This document shows positions 50,903 through 60,639 of a stretch of 64,000 nt of DNA, in pieces. This DNA comes from Acidobacteriota bacterium (GTDB lineage Bacteria; Acidobacteriota; UBA6911), in NCBI GenBank assembly GCA_963664705.1, contig OY761556.1:4736001-4800000 (forward strand), given 5' to 3'. The position numbers and the translations under genes are program-made. How positions within the stretch are numbered: the first letter of the stretch is position 1; the number at the start of each line of letters is the position of its first letter. The notes beneath the pieces were generated by a model. The model was not told the origin of the DNA. It saw only the letters and a program-made list of their open reading frames with translations, and did no database searches.

Positions 50903-53881
50903 TCACTTCCTCAAACAAGAGCGTATCGCCTCAATGACCGCTTCGGAAGGTCCGCTTTTGATCAGATATGCGACGGCGCCGGCTTTACGTATGGCTGCGG
51001 ATTCCTCGCCTTCGTTAAACATGGACAGGCCAATGATTTGTATTTCAGGCATTTCCTGATGAATGATTCTGGTGGCTTGAATCCCGTCCATTCCTGGCAT
51101 GCCAATATCCATCAGAATCACATCAGGCCGAATCTTCCGGACCAATTTCACCGCAGATTCACCATCCGACGCCTCTCCCACGATCTTGATATCCGGCTCC
51201 GCTCCCAGCAAACCAGCCAAACCCTGTCGCATGACCATATGATCGTCTACCAGGGCCACGCGTATTCTTGCAGTTGAATCGGGTTCCTCGGCAGATGCCA
51301 CCGCAACAGAGATCTCTGATTTCGGGCTTTTCCCAACTTCGGAAGATTGCTCCGGCATAATGGCATACGGAGAAATGAGACGAAATCGGCTGCCTTTTCC
51401 TACGGCACTTTCCATCTCAATTCTCCCGCCCAGGTAACTGAGGCGCTCACTGATACTGAAGAGCCCCATACCCGTGCTCTTGTCCTCCCTCGTGCGGAGC
51501 TCATCGGGATCGAATCCCGCACCCTCATCGGCTACTTCCACCTGAATCTGTCCATCAAGCTGGATAACTTCAACGTCCGCCGTCCTGACACCGGCATGCT
51601 TTACAATGTTGAACAGAAGCTCACGAACAGACTGGAATAGCAGGACACTTATTTCCTCGGAAGCACGCTGCATAGGTTCCTGGCAAGCCAGCCTCACAGT
51701 GAGGCCATGTTTGGTCTGCATCCATTTGGCCAACCACTCCAGCGCAGGAAGGAATCCGCCTTTGTGCAGAATAGGGGGACTTAATTCGGCGGTAAGCGAC
51801 CTGGATGTTTCGATCGAGTCATCAATAAGGCTTGCTACGGCTGCGGCCCTTTCCTGTACATCGCCGCCGCGCTCCAGGAGAGCAAGGCTGAATTTGGCTG
51901 CGGCCAGTGTCTGTTGCAGCCCGTCGTGAAGCAGCATCGCCAGCCGCTGTCGTTCGCGCTGCTCAGCCAGCGTCAAATCCGCCGCGAGTTGGCGCAGCTG
52001 CCGCGACCGTTGTTCCAATTCGAGCGTGCGCTCCTCCACCCGTTTCTCCAGTGAGTTGGTAAGCTCCTGCAAACGCTGATCGGCCAACTTCCGTGCAGTA
52101 ATATCCATCTGTACACCGTCCCAGACGGTACTGCCGTCGTCCATCCGGCGCGGTCGAGATCGCAGTCGCATCCAGCGCACCTCGCCATCCGGTCGGCGCA
52201 TGGGCACATCCATGTCGAAGTCGGATTGCTCGTGGATGCATCGTGCTTCCTCTGTCATTAATCGCTGGTAATACTCAGGCGGAATCTGCCCGTGCAACGT
52301 ACCGGCATCGCGCAGGGCATCTTCAATGCGGATGCCATTGAGTTTTTCGATTCCGGCACTGAAATAGGTGAATCTTCCCGCAGCACCATCCGAGCGGACA
52401 TATTGATAAACGGCGCTGTCCGGAAGATTGTCGCCAAGCAGACGTAACCGCTCCTCGCTGTCGCGCAGCGCCTCCTCTGCCCGTTTGCGTGCGATCGTAG
52501 CGCTCAGGAACTCGGCTGTCATCAACAGGATGTCTCCCACCGATTCCGAGAATCCCCCGGTACAGGAGGACATCAGCTTCAGCACGCCATAGGATTGGTT
52601 TCCATACCGAAGCGGAACCAGGATCATCGACCGCAAGCCGATTTTTCTGCAAGCCTCGCGGTCAACCCTCGGATCGGTTTCGGTATCGTCGGAACGCATC
52701 AATTCGCCGCTGGTCATGCAACGACCGGACAAACTGCCCGCTACTTTCAGCCGCAGTCCGACAAACCCGGCGGCAATCCCGCTGGCGGCTTCATATACCA
52801 TTTCCTCGCCGTCAGCGATTTCGAGACTGGCGCCTTCCGCGTTGGTAAGCCGGGACATGCGTTCCAGGACCAGTTGCAGCAATCCCTTGTAGTTCGTATC
52901 GGTCCGGGCAATCTCACGCTGTGTGTCCAAAACAGAAGCCAGCCGCTCGGTCTGAGCCTTCAATATCGATTCAGTCCGCTTGCGGTCGGTGATAGTCTGC
53001 TTTTGGTCCGTAATATCGCTGAAAAAGGTTGCCAGCCCCTCTTCCGTGGGATAACAGCGGCAGTCGAACCACCGGTTCAAAGGCTCCGGATAAAAGCATT
53101 CAAATTGCAGCGGCTTCCGTTCCTCCATGGAACGGCGGAAGTTCACTCCAAGGGGCAGATCGTAGGCAGCCGGCCATAGCTCCCACAGAGATTTGCCCAT
53201 AAGTTGACTGCGCGTCATGCGAAAGGCACTGGTTGCGGCTGGATTTACATGGGTATAGCGCCACTCCCGATCAAAAGCGGCAAAGCAGTCGCTCATCTGC
53301 TCCAGAACCGCGGTGGTTCTTGCGTTCGCCAACTGCAAACCTTCTCGCTGCATACGAAGCTGTTGAATCAGTTCCGTTGAGTTTTCAAGTTCGGTAAGAT
53401 CACTCGCCACGACGCATATGCTGGCTCCGTCCGGTTGGTTGAGCACATTGGCGGAGATATGCGCCGGCAGAGAGGCTCCATCCCCGCCGCAGAAAACCAT
53501 CCGTCTTTTAATGGACTCCTTCTGAACATCGAGTAGTAAGGAAGATGCGGCCTCTTTATCGGTTTCGGCCACGAATTCGCCGAGATTGTGGCCTACAATC
53601 TCCGAATTCGAACATCGGATGAATTGGCTGAACTGGGCATTGCAGAAGAGAATCCTTCCATCAAAAGTAAGGGTGAATGCCGCCTCCTTCATGGTTTCCA
53701 CGATCAGGCGATAGATGGATTCCGTGCCAAACAGCGAAAATACCTGATCCCCGCTGGGGCCCGAAACGATAATGGCGTCCACTTCGCCTTGGCGAATTGC
53801 CCGTAGTGTTTCTTCCGCCTCATGAAGGCGCGTCTGCAAATCCTCAATCAATTCCTGTTTGGATTGCCTCTTGTCCAGCAT
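50903..53881 (-). CDS. Kai-linked PAS-PAS-GAF-PAS hybrid histidine kinase (HisKA_3-HATPase-REC)
   Basis: AEETLRAIRQGEVDA N-terminus; LHDGLQQ; NIVKHA; REC; starts 10 nt after kaiB. Confidence 0.92.
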   Translation of the reverse strand: MLDKRQSKQELIEDLQTRLHEAEETLRAIRQGEVDAIIVSGPSGDQVFSLFGTESIYRLIVETMKEAAFTLTFDGRILFCNAQFSQFIRCSNSEIVGHNLGEFVAETDKEAASSLLLDVQKESIKRRMVFCGGDGASLPAHISANVLNQPDGASICVVASDLTELENSTELIQQLRMQREGLQLANARTTAVLEQMSDCFAAFDREWRYTHVNPAATSAFRMTRSQLMGKSLWELWPAAYDLPLGVNFRRSMEERKPLQFECFYPEPLNRWFDCRCYPTEEGLATFFSDITDQKQTITDRKRTESILKAQTERLASVLDTQREIARTDTNYKGLLQLVLERMSRLTNAEGASLEIADGEEMVYEAASGIAAGFVGLRLKVAGSLSGRCMTSGELMRSDDTETDPRVDREACRKIGLRSMILVPLRYGNQSYGVLKLMSSCTGGFSESVGDILLMTAEFLSATIARKRAEEALRDSEERLRLLGDNLPDSAVYQYVRSDGAAGRFTYFSAGIEKLNGIRIEDALRDAGTLHGQIPPEYYQRLMTEEARCIHEQSDFDMDVPMRRPDGEVRWMRLRSRPRRMDDGSTVWDGVQMDITARKLADQRLQELTNSLEKRVEERTLELEQRSRQLRQLAADLTLAEQRERQRLAMLLHDGLQQTLAAAKFSLALLERGGDVQERAAAVASLIDDSIETSRSLTAELSPPILHKGGFLPALEWLAKWMQTKHGLTVRLACQEPMQRASEEISVLLFQSVRELLFNIVKHAGVRTADVEVIQLDGQIQVEVADEGAGFDPDELRTREDKSTGMGLFSISERLSYLGGRIEMESAVGKGSRFRLISPYAIMPEQSSEVGKSPKSEISVAVASAEEPDSTARIRVALVDDHMVMRQGLAGLLGAEPDIKIVGEASDGESAVKLVRKIRPDVILMDIGMPGMDGIQATRIIHQEMPEIQIIGLSMFNEGEESAAIRKAGAVAYLIKSGPSEAVIEAIRSCLRK

Positions 53882-53891
53882 AGCCGCAGGC

Positions 53892-54239
53892 CTATTTCTT
53901 GGGACGAAGATCAAGTCCGACCAGAATCCGTTCCTGATCCGTCAGGTCGCCAATGAATCTTCGTAAGGGTTGAGGTAATTTTCTAATCAGCGTCGGGGCT
54001 GCAATGATTTGTTCACCTGCGGCCAACGTCGGTTGCTTGTAGATGTCGATGATCTGCAGGTCATAGCGACCTTTGAGATGCTGCTCGCAAATCTCGCTTA
54101 TGGATGTTATCGCAGCCGACGACCGCCGGTTGATGCCTGCCACATACAATCTGAGGATGTACGTTTGTTTGGATGTGGTTTTTTTCAGATCTTTCTCGAA
54201 TTCGGCTGCGCTCTTAATAGGTTTCGCTTTTTTGGGCAT
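53892..54239 (-). CDS. kaiB: KaiB family protein
   Basis: LRLYVAG, IIAAPTLIRKLPQPLRRFIGDL. Confidence 0.95.
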   Translation of the reverse strand: MPKKAKPIKSAAEFEKDLKKTTSKQTYILRLYVAGINRRSSAAITSISEICEQHLKGRYDLQIIDIYKQPTLAAGEQIIAAPTLIRKLPQPLRRFIGDLTDQERILVGLDLRPKK

Positions 54240-54330
54240 GGTTAAGGGAGTTTTATCAGGCCGACAAATGCAAATCCAGCCCCGAAACCAATCTTGCTTC
54301 GACCGGCGACTGGTACCATTGGCCTCATTG

Positions 54331-56028
54331 TCAGATTCTCGCCTTCGTCATAGTTTTCCGATCCGTTGAAATCATCTGCTGCCGATCGGATTCCTCCTGC
54401 TTTGTGATCTTCAGTTCGTTGTCGAGGCTCTGGAGTTTCTGTGTAATGACCGCCGCCTGAGCCTGCAGATTCGCGCGTTCCTGTTCGAGTTCGCGTTGTC
54501 GTTGCTCGGAAGCCTGCTGGTCCGCAAGCACCCGGGCCCGATCGTGTGCCTCCTGAACAAGGCGCGCAGAACCGGTCAGCACCTGGCCGGGACCGACATA
54601 CACCTTGGTCAACCGAATACCATGATCGGTAAGCTGGAACTCCCGCATCTGATTGGAATGAGACATCCCGCGGCTTTTGAGAAGATACAACAACCGGTTT
54701 CGTTCGCCATTGGTTTCCAGCATCCGGACAAGAAGCCAGGTGTCCATCAACGAAGAAATCGCGACATCGCTTTTCTCGAGAGATTCACCGCCTTCCGTGA
54801 GGCTGGTCAGAACCGAGGTGATCTGTCGTGTCTTCAGAAAATCCACGATTCTCGTCATCATTGCGCGAATCTCGATCTCCTCACCAATGGAAGAGAGATT
54901 GGTGACAGGATCCATCACGACGCCGGCGGGATTGAATTCAGTGATCAATTGATGGATTCGGGCCAGATGCATCTCCAATCCACACATTGTTGGTCGCACG
55001 GAATGAAAGAGGAGCAGGTTCCTTTTTCTCCACTTGTCCAAATCGATGCCGATTGATTTCATATTCCGGATAATTTGGTCCGGAGCTTCTTCAAAAGACA
55101 AATAAGCGCACTTTTCGCCTCGGCCACACATCCCGTCGACGAATGCGGCGGCGATACTCGATTTCCCCGTGCCTGCGGTTCCGGATATCAGGACGCTCGT
55201 GCCCCGAAAGTAACCTTTGCCTCCCATCATGGCATCCAACTCTGGAATGCCCGTTGAAACCCGTTCGGTGGTTACAGGATAATCCAGGCCCAGCGAACTG
55301 ATTGGGAGAACGGACAACCCATGTTCATTGATTAAGGTAGGATATTCATTGGTGCCATGCCGGGAGCCGCGGTATTTCACAATACGCAAACGCCGCGTGG
55401 CTACCTGATTGCTAACCCGATGATCCAGGAAGATAACGCAGTCACTGACGTATTCTTCAATGCCGTGGCGGGTCAGCGTATTTTGGCCCTGCTCGCCCGT
55501 TATGATGACTGTCACGCCCTTATTCTTGAGCCAGCGAAAGAGGCGACGCAATTCAGCCCTGAGAATGCTTTCATTCGGCAATCCCGCAAAGAGAGCTTCG
55601 ATAGTATCCAGAACCACGCGCCTGGCGCCCAACTCCTCAATCATGAGATTCAGGCGAACAAAGAGGCCTTCGAGATCATATTCCCCAGTCTCCTCGATTT
55701 CGCTGCGCTCTATATGCACATGATCAATCGCCATCTTTTTCCGGGCGATCAGCCGACGCACATCAAAACCCAGGGAAGCCACATTCTGGATTAATTCCGC
55801 GGCAGTCTCCTCAAAGGACATGAAGACGCCGGGTTCGTCAAACTCCTGAGCGCCTCGAACAATGAACTCCATTGCCAGAAGTGTCTTACCGCTGCCGGCG
55901 CTGCCGCAGATCAATGTTGGTCTGCCACAGGGCAGTCCGCCATCGGTGATTTCGTCGAGACCGGCAATGCCTGTCGGGCATTTTTCAATACCCGGAGAAA
56001 CACTGCGATGCGCGCTTTTTTTGGCCAT
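54331..56028 (-). CDS. kaiC: Double-domain KaiC with C-terminal coiled coil
   Basis: GSAGSGKT and GTAGTGKS Walker A; SFEE x2; KYRGS; ISSLMDTW phosphosite region. Confidence 0.96.
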   Translation of the reverse strand: MAKKSAHRSVSPGIEKCPTGIAGLDEITDGGLPCGRPTLICGSAGSGKTLLAMEFIVRGAQEFDEPGVFMSFEETAAELIQNVASLGFDVRRLIARKKMAIDHVHIERSEIEETGEYDLEGLFVRLNLMIEELGARRVVLDTIEALFAGLPNESILRAELRRLFRWLKNKGVTVIITGEQGQNTLTRHGIEEYVSDCVIFLDHRVSNQVATRRLRIVKYRGSRHGTNEYPTLINEHGLSVLPISSLGLDYPVTTERVSTGIPELDAMMGGKGYFRGTSVLISGTAGTGKSSIAAAFVDGMCGRGEKCAYLSFEEAPDQIIRNMKSIGIDLDKWRKRNLLLFHSVRPTMCGLEMHLARIHQLITEFNPAGVVMDPVTNLSSIGEEIEIRAMMTRIVDFLKTRQITSVLTSLTEGGESLEKSDVAISSLMDTWLLVRMLETNGERNRLLYLLKSRGMSHSNQMREFQLTDHGIRLTKVYVGPGQVLTGSARLVQEAHDRARVLADQQASEQRQRELEQERANLQAQAAVITQKLQSLDNELKITKQEESDRQQMISTDRKTMTKARI

Positions 56029-56119
56029 CCTCGAATCCTCGGTTTAGGCGTTGGGGCGCAAGTTGCAGAAAGGGAGCTTGCGCCCGGCTGGAATCATTTT
56101 CAAACACAATAAAGCTCAT

Positions 56120-56139
56120 ATTGTTGTAGTGCCAACAAT
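56120..56139. promoter_or_regulatory. Crp-type palindromic box upstream of kaiC
   Basis: ATTGTTG-TAGTGC-CAACAAT. Confidence 0.65.
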
Positions 56140-56231
56140 TTAGCAATCAAAAAGGCTCGCTTCGCCTTCATCCCAGGCAGCGCGAGAAGGATGAACCGGT
56201 ATAAGTTGAAGGCAATCATATATTTAATGAC

Positions 56232-56821
56232 TTTGAACCGCGAAGACCTCGAAGACCGCAAAGATCTTTTGGCTAATTTTGCTGTAATGTATAAAGCATC
56301 AAGGATGGAATCCAGCATATGATCTGGCAAGAACGATAACCGCAAAACCTGCAAAAATATTTTCTTTGCGGTCTTCGCGGTTAGTGGGGCTACTAATTCG
56401 GTCAAGTCAGGTTTAATGACTTTTGTCTAAAACCGTGGTTCAGCACCTTCATTTAGTGGGCAAACTCTGGTGTGCAAAGGATAAGATTAGGATCCGACGA
56501 TCAAATCAGGTTCCATAAATAAATGGCGCTGATTAGTTTTTGTATTTGAACCGCGAAGACCTCGAAGACCGCAAAGATTTTTTGGCTAATTTTGCTGTAA
56601 TGTATGAAGCATCCAGGATGGAATCCATCATATGATCTGGCAAGAACGATAACCGCAAAACCTGCAAAAATATTTTCTTTGCGGTCTTCGAGGTCTTCGC
56701 GGTTAGTGGGGCTACTAATTCGGTCAAGTCAGGTTTAATGACTTTTGTCTAAAACCGTGGTTCAGCACCTTCATTTAGTGGGCAAACTTTGGTGTGCAAA
56801 GGATAAGATTAGGATCCGACG
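56232..56821. repeat. Direct duplication (~270 bp x2) containing a MITE-like inverted-repeat element
   Basis: Copies 56232-56499 and 56545-56821; copy 2 has a perfect 29-bp IR (56549-56577 / 56676-56704). Confidence 0.92.
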
Positions 56822-56824
56822 CCA

Positions 56825-57637
56825 TTACTCAAAAACTTCACCAGGGGTTGGCCGGTAGGAACGGGCTGGTCGAGATCGGCCGATGCGGGTACCACCCATA
56901 CCAGCGACACCGGAAATCCGGAGAGTCCTGGTGTAAGCATCCATGTCCCTTTTGTGCGTCCAATAACACTCACACGACATGGAGGCAATCCGGCGCTTAT
57001 CAGTGATCTTTATCAAACGCTGACGATATGAAATCAGCCCGCTTGATTTCAGAGCCCCCAGCTCCAAGCTGACGGTTGAGCGATTCACTCCAAGCATGAG
57101 GGACAGGAATTCGTGCGTGACAGGGTAACTGTCATCCTCGGCCCAATCCGACGTCATCAGAAGCCAACGACAAAGCCTCTGTTGCACCGTGTGGAATCTA
57201 TTGCAGAGCACGAGTTGCGTGGATTGATTGTGTAGCTGCTGAAGGAACACCAGCGAGCTTTTGCAGTAAGCTGTGTCGTTCCCCAAATGACGTTTGAGGG
57301 TAGCGGCACTGATCTTAAGGGCCTCGCCAGGAATCTGTACGATATATCGGTGAGCCGAATACTGGTGACCGGTAAGGACTTCGACAGGAAGCCCACCTTC
57401 TCTGCCGACCGCGCCCACTTCAATACTATGTCCGGTTGAGCTCGCAGCAATAATGGATATGAGGCCTGAGTTCAAAAACAGAACCGAGTCGACCGTATCG
57501 CCTGCCTTGAAAAGTACGTGGCCCGGGGGAAGCAAAATGACCTCAAGATCCGGCAGTATTTTCTCCAAAACTGCCTTGGGTAGCGACAGCAGCATCCTGT
57601 TACGAATCGCGGGGCTACTCATTTTATAGCCAGACAT
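56825..57637 (-). CDS. Crp/Fnr family transcriptional regulator
   Basis: NRMLLSLP, VGREG, CNRFHTVQQRLCRWLL, THEFLSLMLGVNRSTVS HTH, SCECY. Confidence 0.93.
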   Translation of the reverse strand: MSGYKMSSPAIRNRMLLSLPKAVLEKILPDLEVILLPPGHVLFKAGDTVDSVLFLNSGLISIIAASSTGHSIEVGAVGREGGLPVEVLTGHQYSAHRYIVQIPGEALKISAATLKRHLGNDTAYCKSSLVFLQQLHNQSTQLVLCNRFHTVQQRLCRWLLMTSDWAEDDSYPVTHEFLSLMLGVNRSTVSLELGALKSSGLISYRQRLIKITDKRRIASMSCECYWTHKRDMDAYTRTLRISGVAGMGGTRIGRSRPARSYRPTPGEVFE

Positions 57638-57769
57638 CGAACCCTCATATCCAAAGAGTTATAAATGCCGAGGGGGTGAGAGGGGGAACCGGCTGCTGCT
57701 TCGAGACCAAAACCGACCTACCCCATGCAATAAATCGGGGCTAACTTTATCACCTTTTTGACAACGACG

Positions 57770-57787
57770 CTGTTGGCCGGCCAACAG
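57770..57787. promoter_or_regulatory. Crp-type palindromic box upstream of crp
   Basis: Perfect 18-bp palindrome CTGTTG-GCCGGC-CAACAG. Confidence 0.65.
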
Positions 57788-57978
57788 GTCCAATTATTTC
57801 TTTTTGAAAATTTGATCTGGGAATGGAACCTTTGCACCGATTGATCTTACCGGACTGAGGCTAGCAAAATGGAGAGGTAAACCGGCGTTTCGTTCCTGAA
57901 GTGCAAATGCAAGGCACGAGGCAGGGGGGAGTTCTTTGTCTCAGGCAGAACAAAGCCCGCACCCACTTCCCTGCAAAC

Positions 57979-58296
57979 CTATTTCCTGGGCCGCAGGTCC
58001 AATCCAACCAAAACCCGCTCGACGTTTGACAAATCGCCTATGATCTTTCGAACCGGCACCGGCAGCTTTCGGACAAGAGTCGGGACTGCGAGAATCTGGT
58101 CGCCTCTGGCAAGTTGAGGATTTTCCAGAAGATCTATCACCTCTATTCGATAGTGGCCATCCAGATGCTCCTCGCAAATCCTCTTTAAATTCGCGAAAGC
58201 AGTCAAAGCCCTGGCAGTGCGGCCTGCTATGTAGAGCCGGAGATCCCAGGTCTCCATCTGCTTTTTGATTTTATTGCCTGATTTTTTTTGGGGCAT
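57979..58296 (-). CDS. kaiB: Second KaiB family protein
   Basis: [32 protein letters not shown]; start 58296 or 58314. Confidence 0.95.
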   Translation of the reverse strand: MPQKKSGNKIKKQMETWDLRLYIAGRTARALTAFANLKRICEEHLDGHYRIEVIDLLENPQLARGDQILAVPTLVRKLPVPVRKIIGDLSNVERVLVGLDLRPRK

Positions 58297-58374
58297 GGTA
58301 GTTCCCAAATCCATCTGAAGCCGTTGATCGTAGATGCACGATTATGGGTACTAGTTTTCTGCGCGAATCCACAT

Positions 58375-58390
58375 TGTAGTTGTCCCGACA
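58375..58390. promoter_or_regulatory. Degenerate Crp-type box upstream of the second kaiB
   Basis: TGTAG-TTGTCC-CGACA. Confidence 0.45.
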
Positions 58391-58497
58391 ACAAGTAGGC
58401 AACGAAATAATGTGCACCACATAATTATGGTGTTGTCTGTCCTGGGCTGCAGGAATGAAGCCCTCTGGGACGGCGGCGGCCACGGGCAGCCTTAAAA

Positions 58498-59373
58498 TCA
58501 GTTCTCGGTGGGCAATTTAAGGACTTCCTCGATGACAAGCATTTCCAAAGGCGTTTTGCGCGCATCGAACTTGAGCCCCAGTTTTTCCGCCGCACCGAAA
58601 AGAGAAACCGGAGACCCCGTATCGAGCATTTGCAATGCGCTCGGTGGAAGAACCACGCCACGATTAACCGCCGCGCGCACTAACATGTTTCGGTAATCCT
58701 CTTCGGTAATATCAAACGCAAAATCGTAGCGCCCCGTGAGATTGGTCATGTCGATGATTGGGCGATCCAGGAATGAATCCAGGCTGGTGGCCAGCAGCGT
58801 CATGGTCAGCTTTTTGCCTTCGAAACGATTGTTCGCGAATGTATACGAGGCACCCTGTCCAATATTGACCGAGATCCCCTGGCTGGATCCGGTTCCGCTC
58901 GCCTCAAAGGCTGCCGGACGTTCATGATTTTCCTGGTTGGAATCGGGTAGGCTTTCATTGATCTTGAGTCCGCCCTTGCTAACTTCAAGGACATATACCG
59001 GGAATTCCTTTTTTTCCCGATGCGTCTTCAGATGAAATCTTTCAATCAGCAATGCCTGCAGCATTTCAGGTATTTGACTTGGTGGAACGCCTTCCGGGAT
59101 TTTCGCAGCAATATCAAATCGCTCGGAATTCAGCCAATCCGGTCCCGAGATCTGATAACTTTTCAACCGGTAGGCGATCCCAACATAATCCTTCAAGGCC
59201 ATTCTGCCGTGGATTTGCGCACCATCGATGCGAATGCCCAGCGTTACAGACTGCGGATCCGATTGCCCCTTTGCCGGCCGGATCGACGCCACCTCAAAAG
59301 CAGGACCGGTCTGGGCAATAGCAACGCCCGCAAGAAGGAGTAACAGGCCGAAGACAATAACCATTCGCAACAT
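58498..59373 (-). CDS. TIGR03435-like Acidobacterial secreted protein
   Basis: AFEVASIRP, GPDWLNSERFDIAAK, MLQALLIERF, DRPIIDMTNLTGRYDF, C-terminal PTEN. Confidence 0.9.
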   Translation of the reverse strand: MLRMVIVFGLLLLLAGVAIAQTGPAFEVASIRPAKGQSDPQSVTLGIRIDGAQIHGRMALKDYVGIAYRLKSYQISGPDWLNSERFDIAAKIPEGVPPSQIPEMLQALLIERFHLKTHREKKEFPVYVLEVSKGGLKINESLPDSNQENHERPAAFEASGTGSSQGISVNIGQGASYTFANNRFEGKKLTMTLLATSLDSFLDRPIIDMTNLTGRYDFAFDITEEDYRNMLVRAAVNRGVVLPPSALQMLDTGSPVSLFGAAEKLGLKFDARKTPLEMLVIEEVLKLPTEN

Positions 59374-59634
59374 AGTTCTCTTTCCTTTGGAAAGAACATC
59401 CAGGCCCGGATAACTAAAGCTCCCCTAAGTGGCCGGCGGATCGCGTCTCTCCCGACATTTCATTCCTATAGTACGTTGTCCCTCGCAGGAAGGTCTCAGG
59501 TGTGTGGCGTATTTTTATCCGCGAACAATTTCATCAGCGGCTTCCGTGCGTATGATGCCCCTGCGGTGAATTTGCCACAACAGCGGGAAATAACGCTCTT
59601 CCCCGTTGTTCTCGCAGGACAACCATTATATTGT

Positions 59635-60624
59635 ATGAACTACAAACCGGATCTGGAAGTGGCGGCACCCCATTCTTTGCCATGTTGTTCCCGTTGGAGG
59701 AAGTTTTTGGTCAGGCAGGCAGGGTACTCCCTGGAGCATATTGCTTTTGAAGGCAAAACTGTAAACCGTTCGAGTCGTTTGCGGCATGCGCCGGCACACG
59801 CCGTCGTCGCCGGCATGGACTCGGACGATCTCACGCAACAGGATCGCTGCGAAGAACCCATCCCCTCGATTTTGCAGGCGGCTGGTTTATCAGAGAAGGC
59901 TTACCGCGCCGCTTCCATGAACCGGCGGCTGAATGCATGCCTGCGGTCCTTGAAAGCAACAACAGTCCCGGAAGCCGCCCATCTCCTCATCAAGCACCCG
60001 GAGCTGAAGGAACCTGCGCTGGACGCTCTCCTGATCGGGGTTACCGAATTTTTCCGTGACCGGCCGGTTTTCGATGCACTCAGCCGGCTTATCGAGACAG
60101 ATCTTCCCCAAAGGACCGGGACTTTGCGTGTCTGGAGTGCAGGGTGCTCCAGCGGAGCGGAATTGTACAGCATGGCCTTTCTCCTTGCAGAAGCCGGGCT
60201 TCTTCACCGGAGCATTCTGTTGGGAACCGACTGCAGGAAATCGGCCATTCGCGAAGCCAGGGCTGGACTCTACAGCGCATCCTGTCTGCAAACCCTGGAT
60301 CCATTGCTTCGAGAGAAATATTTCCGGAAGGTCGGGACGCAATGGCAGGTCCTGGATTCCGTCCGTTCCCATGTTCGGTGCCGGACCCAGGACTTGCTTT
60401 CGGTCTGCGAAAAAGGGCCCTGGGACATCATCCTCTGGAGAAACATGGCCATTTATTTCGAGACAAACGCCAGCCACCAGATTTGGAGCCGCATTACCAA
60501 AGAAATGCGTCCCGGCGGCCTGATCGTCACAGGAAAGGCAGAGCGCCCGCCCCATTCCATCGGTCTTAGTACTCTAAGCAGAAGTATCTATCGCCGGGAA
60601 AAGGGCAGCGGGCGATTGAGATAA
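59635..60624 (+). CDS. cheR: CheR-family methyltransferase (start uncertain, 59635-59815)
   Basis: IGVTEFFRD, VWSAGCSSGAELYS, DIILWRNMAIYF, G..E. Confidence 0.85.
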   Translation: MNYKPDLEVAAPHSLPCCSRWRKFLVRQAGYSLEHIAFEGKTVNRSSRLRHAPAHAVVAGMDSDDLTQQDRCEEPIPSILQAAGLSEKAYRAASMNRRLNACLRSLKATTVPEAAHLLIKHPELKEPALDALLIGVTEFFRDRPVFDALSRLIETDLPQRTGTLRVWSAGCSSGAELYSMAFLLAEAGLLHRSILLGTDCRKSAIREARAGLYSASCLQTLDPLLREKYFRKVGTQWQVLDSVRSHVRCRTQDLLSVCEKGPWDIILWRNMAIYFETNASHQIWSRITKEMRPGGLIVTGKAERPPHSIGLSTLSRSIYRREKGSGRLR

Positions 60625-60639
60625 GTTGGAGATTTCAGA

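Noticed and set aside
56100-56727. Small paralogous ORFs MTELVAPLTAK (56100..56405, 56533..56727)
   Set aside because: By-products of the duplicated inverted-repeat element; no RBS or protein-like features
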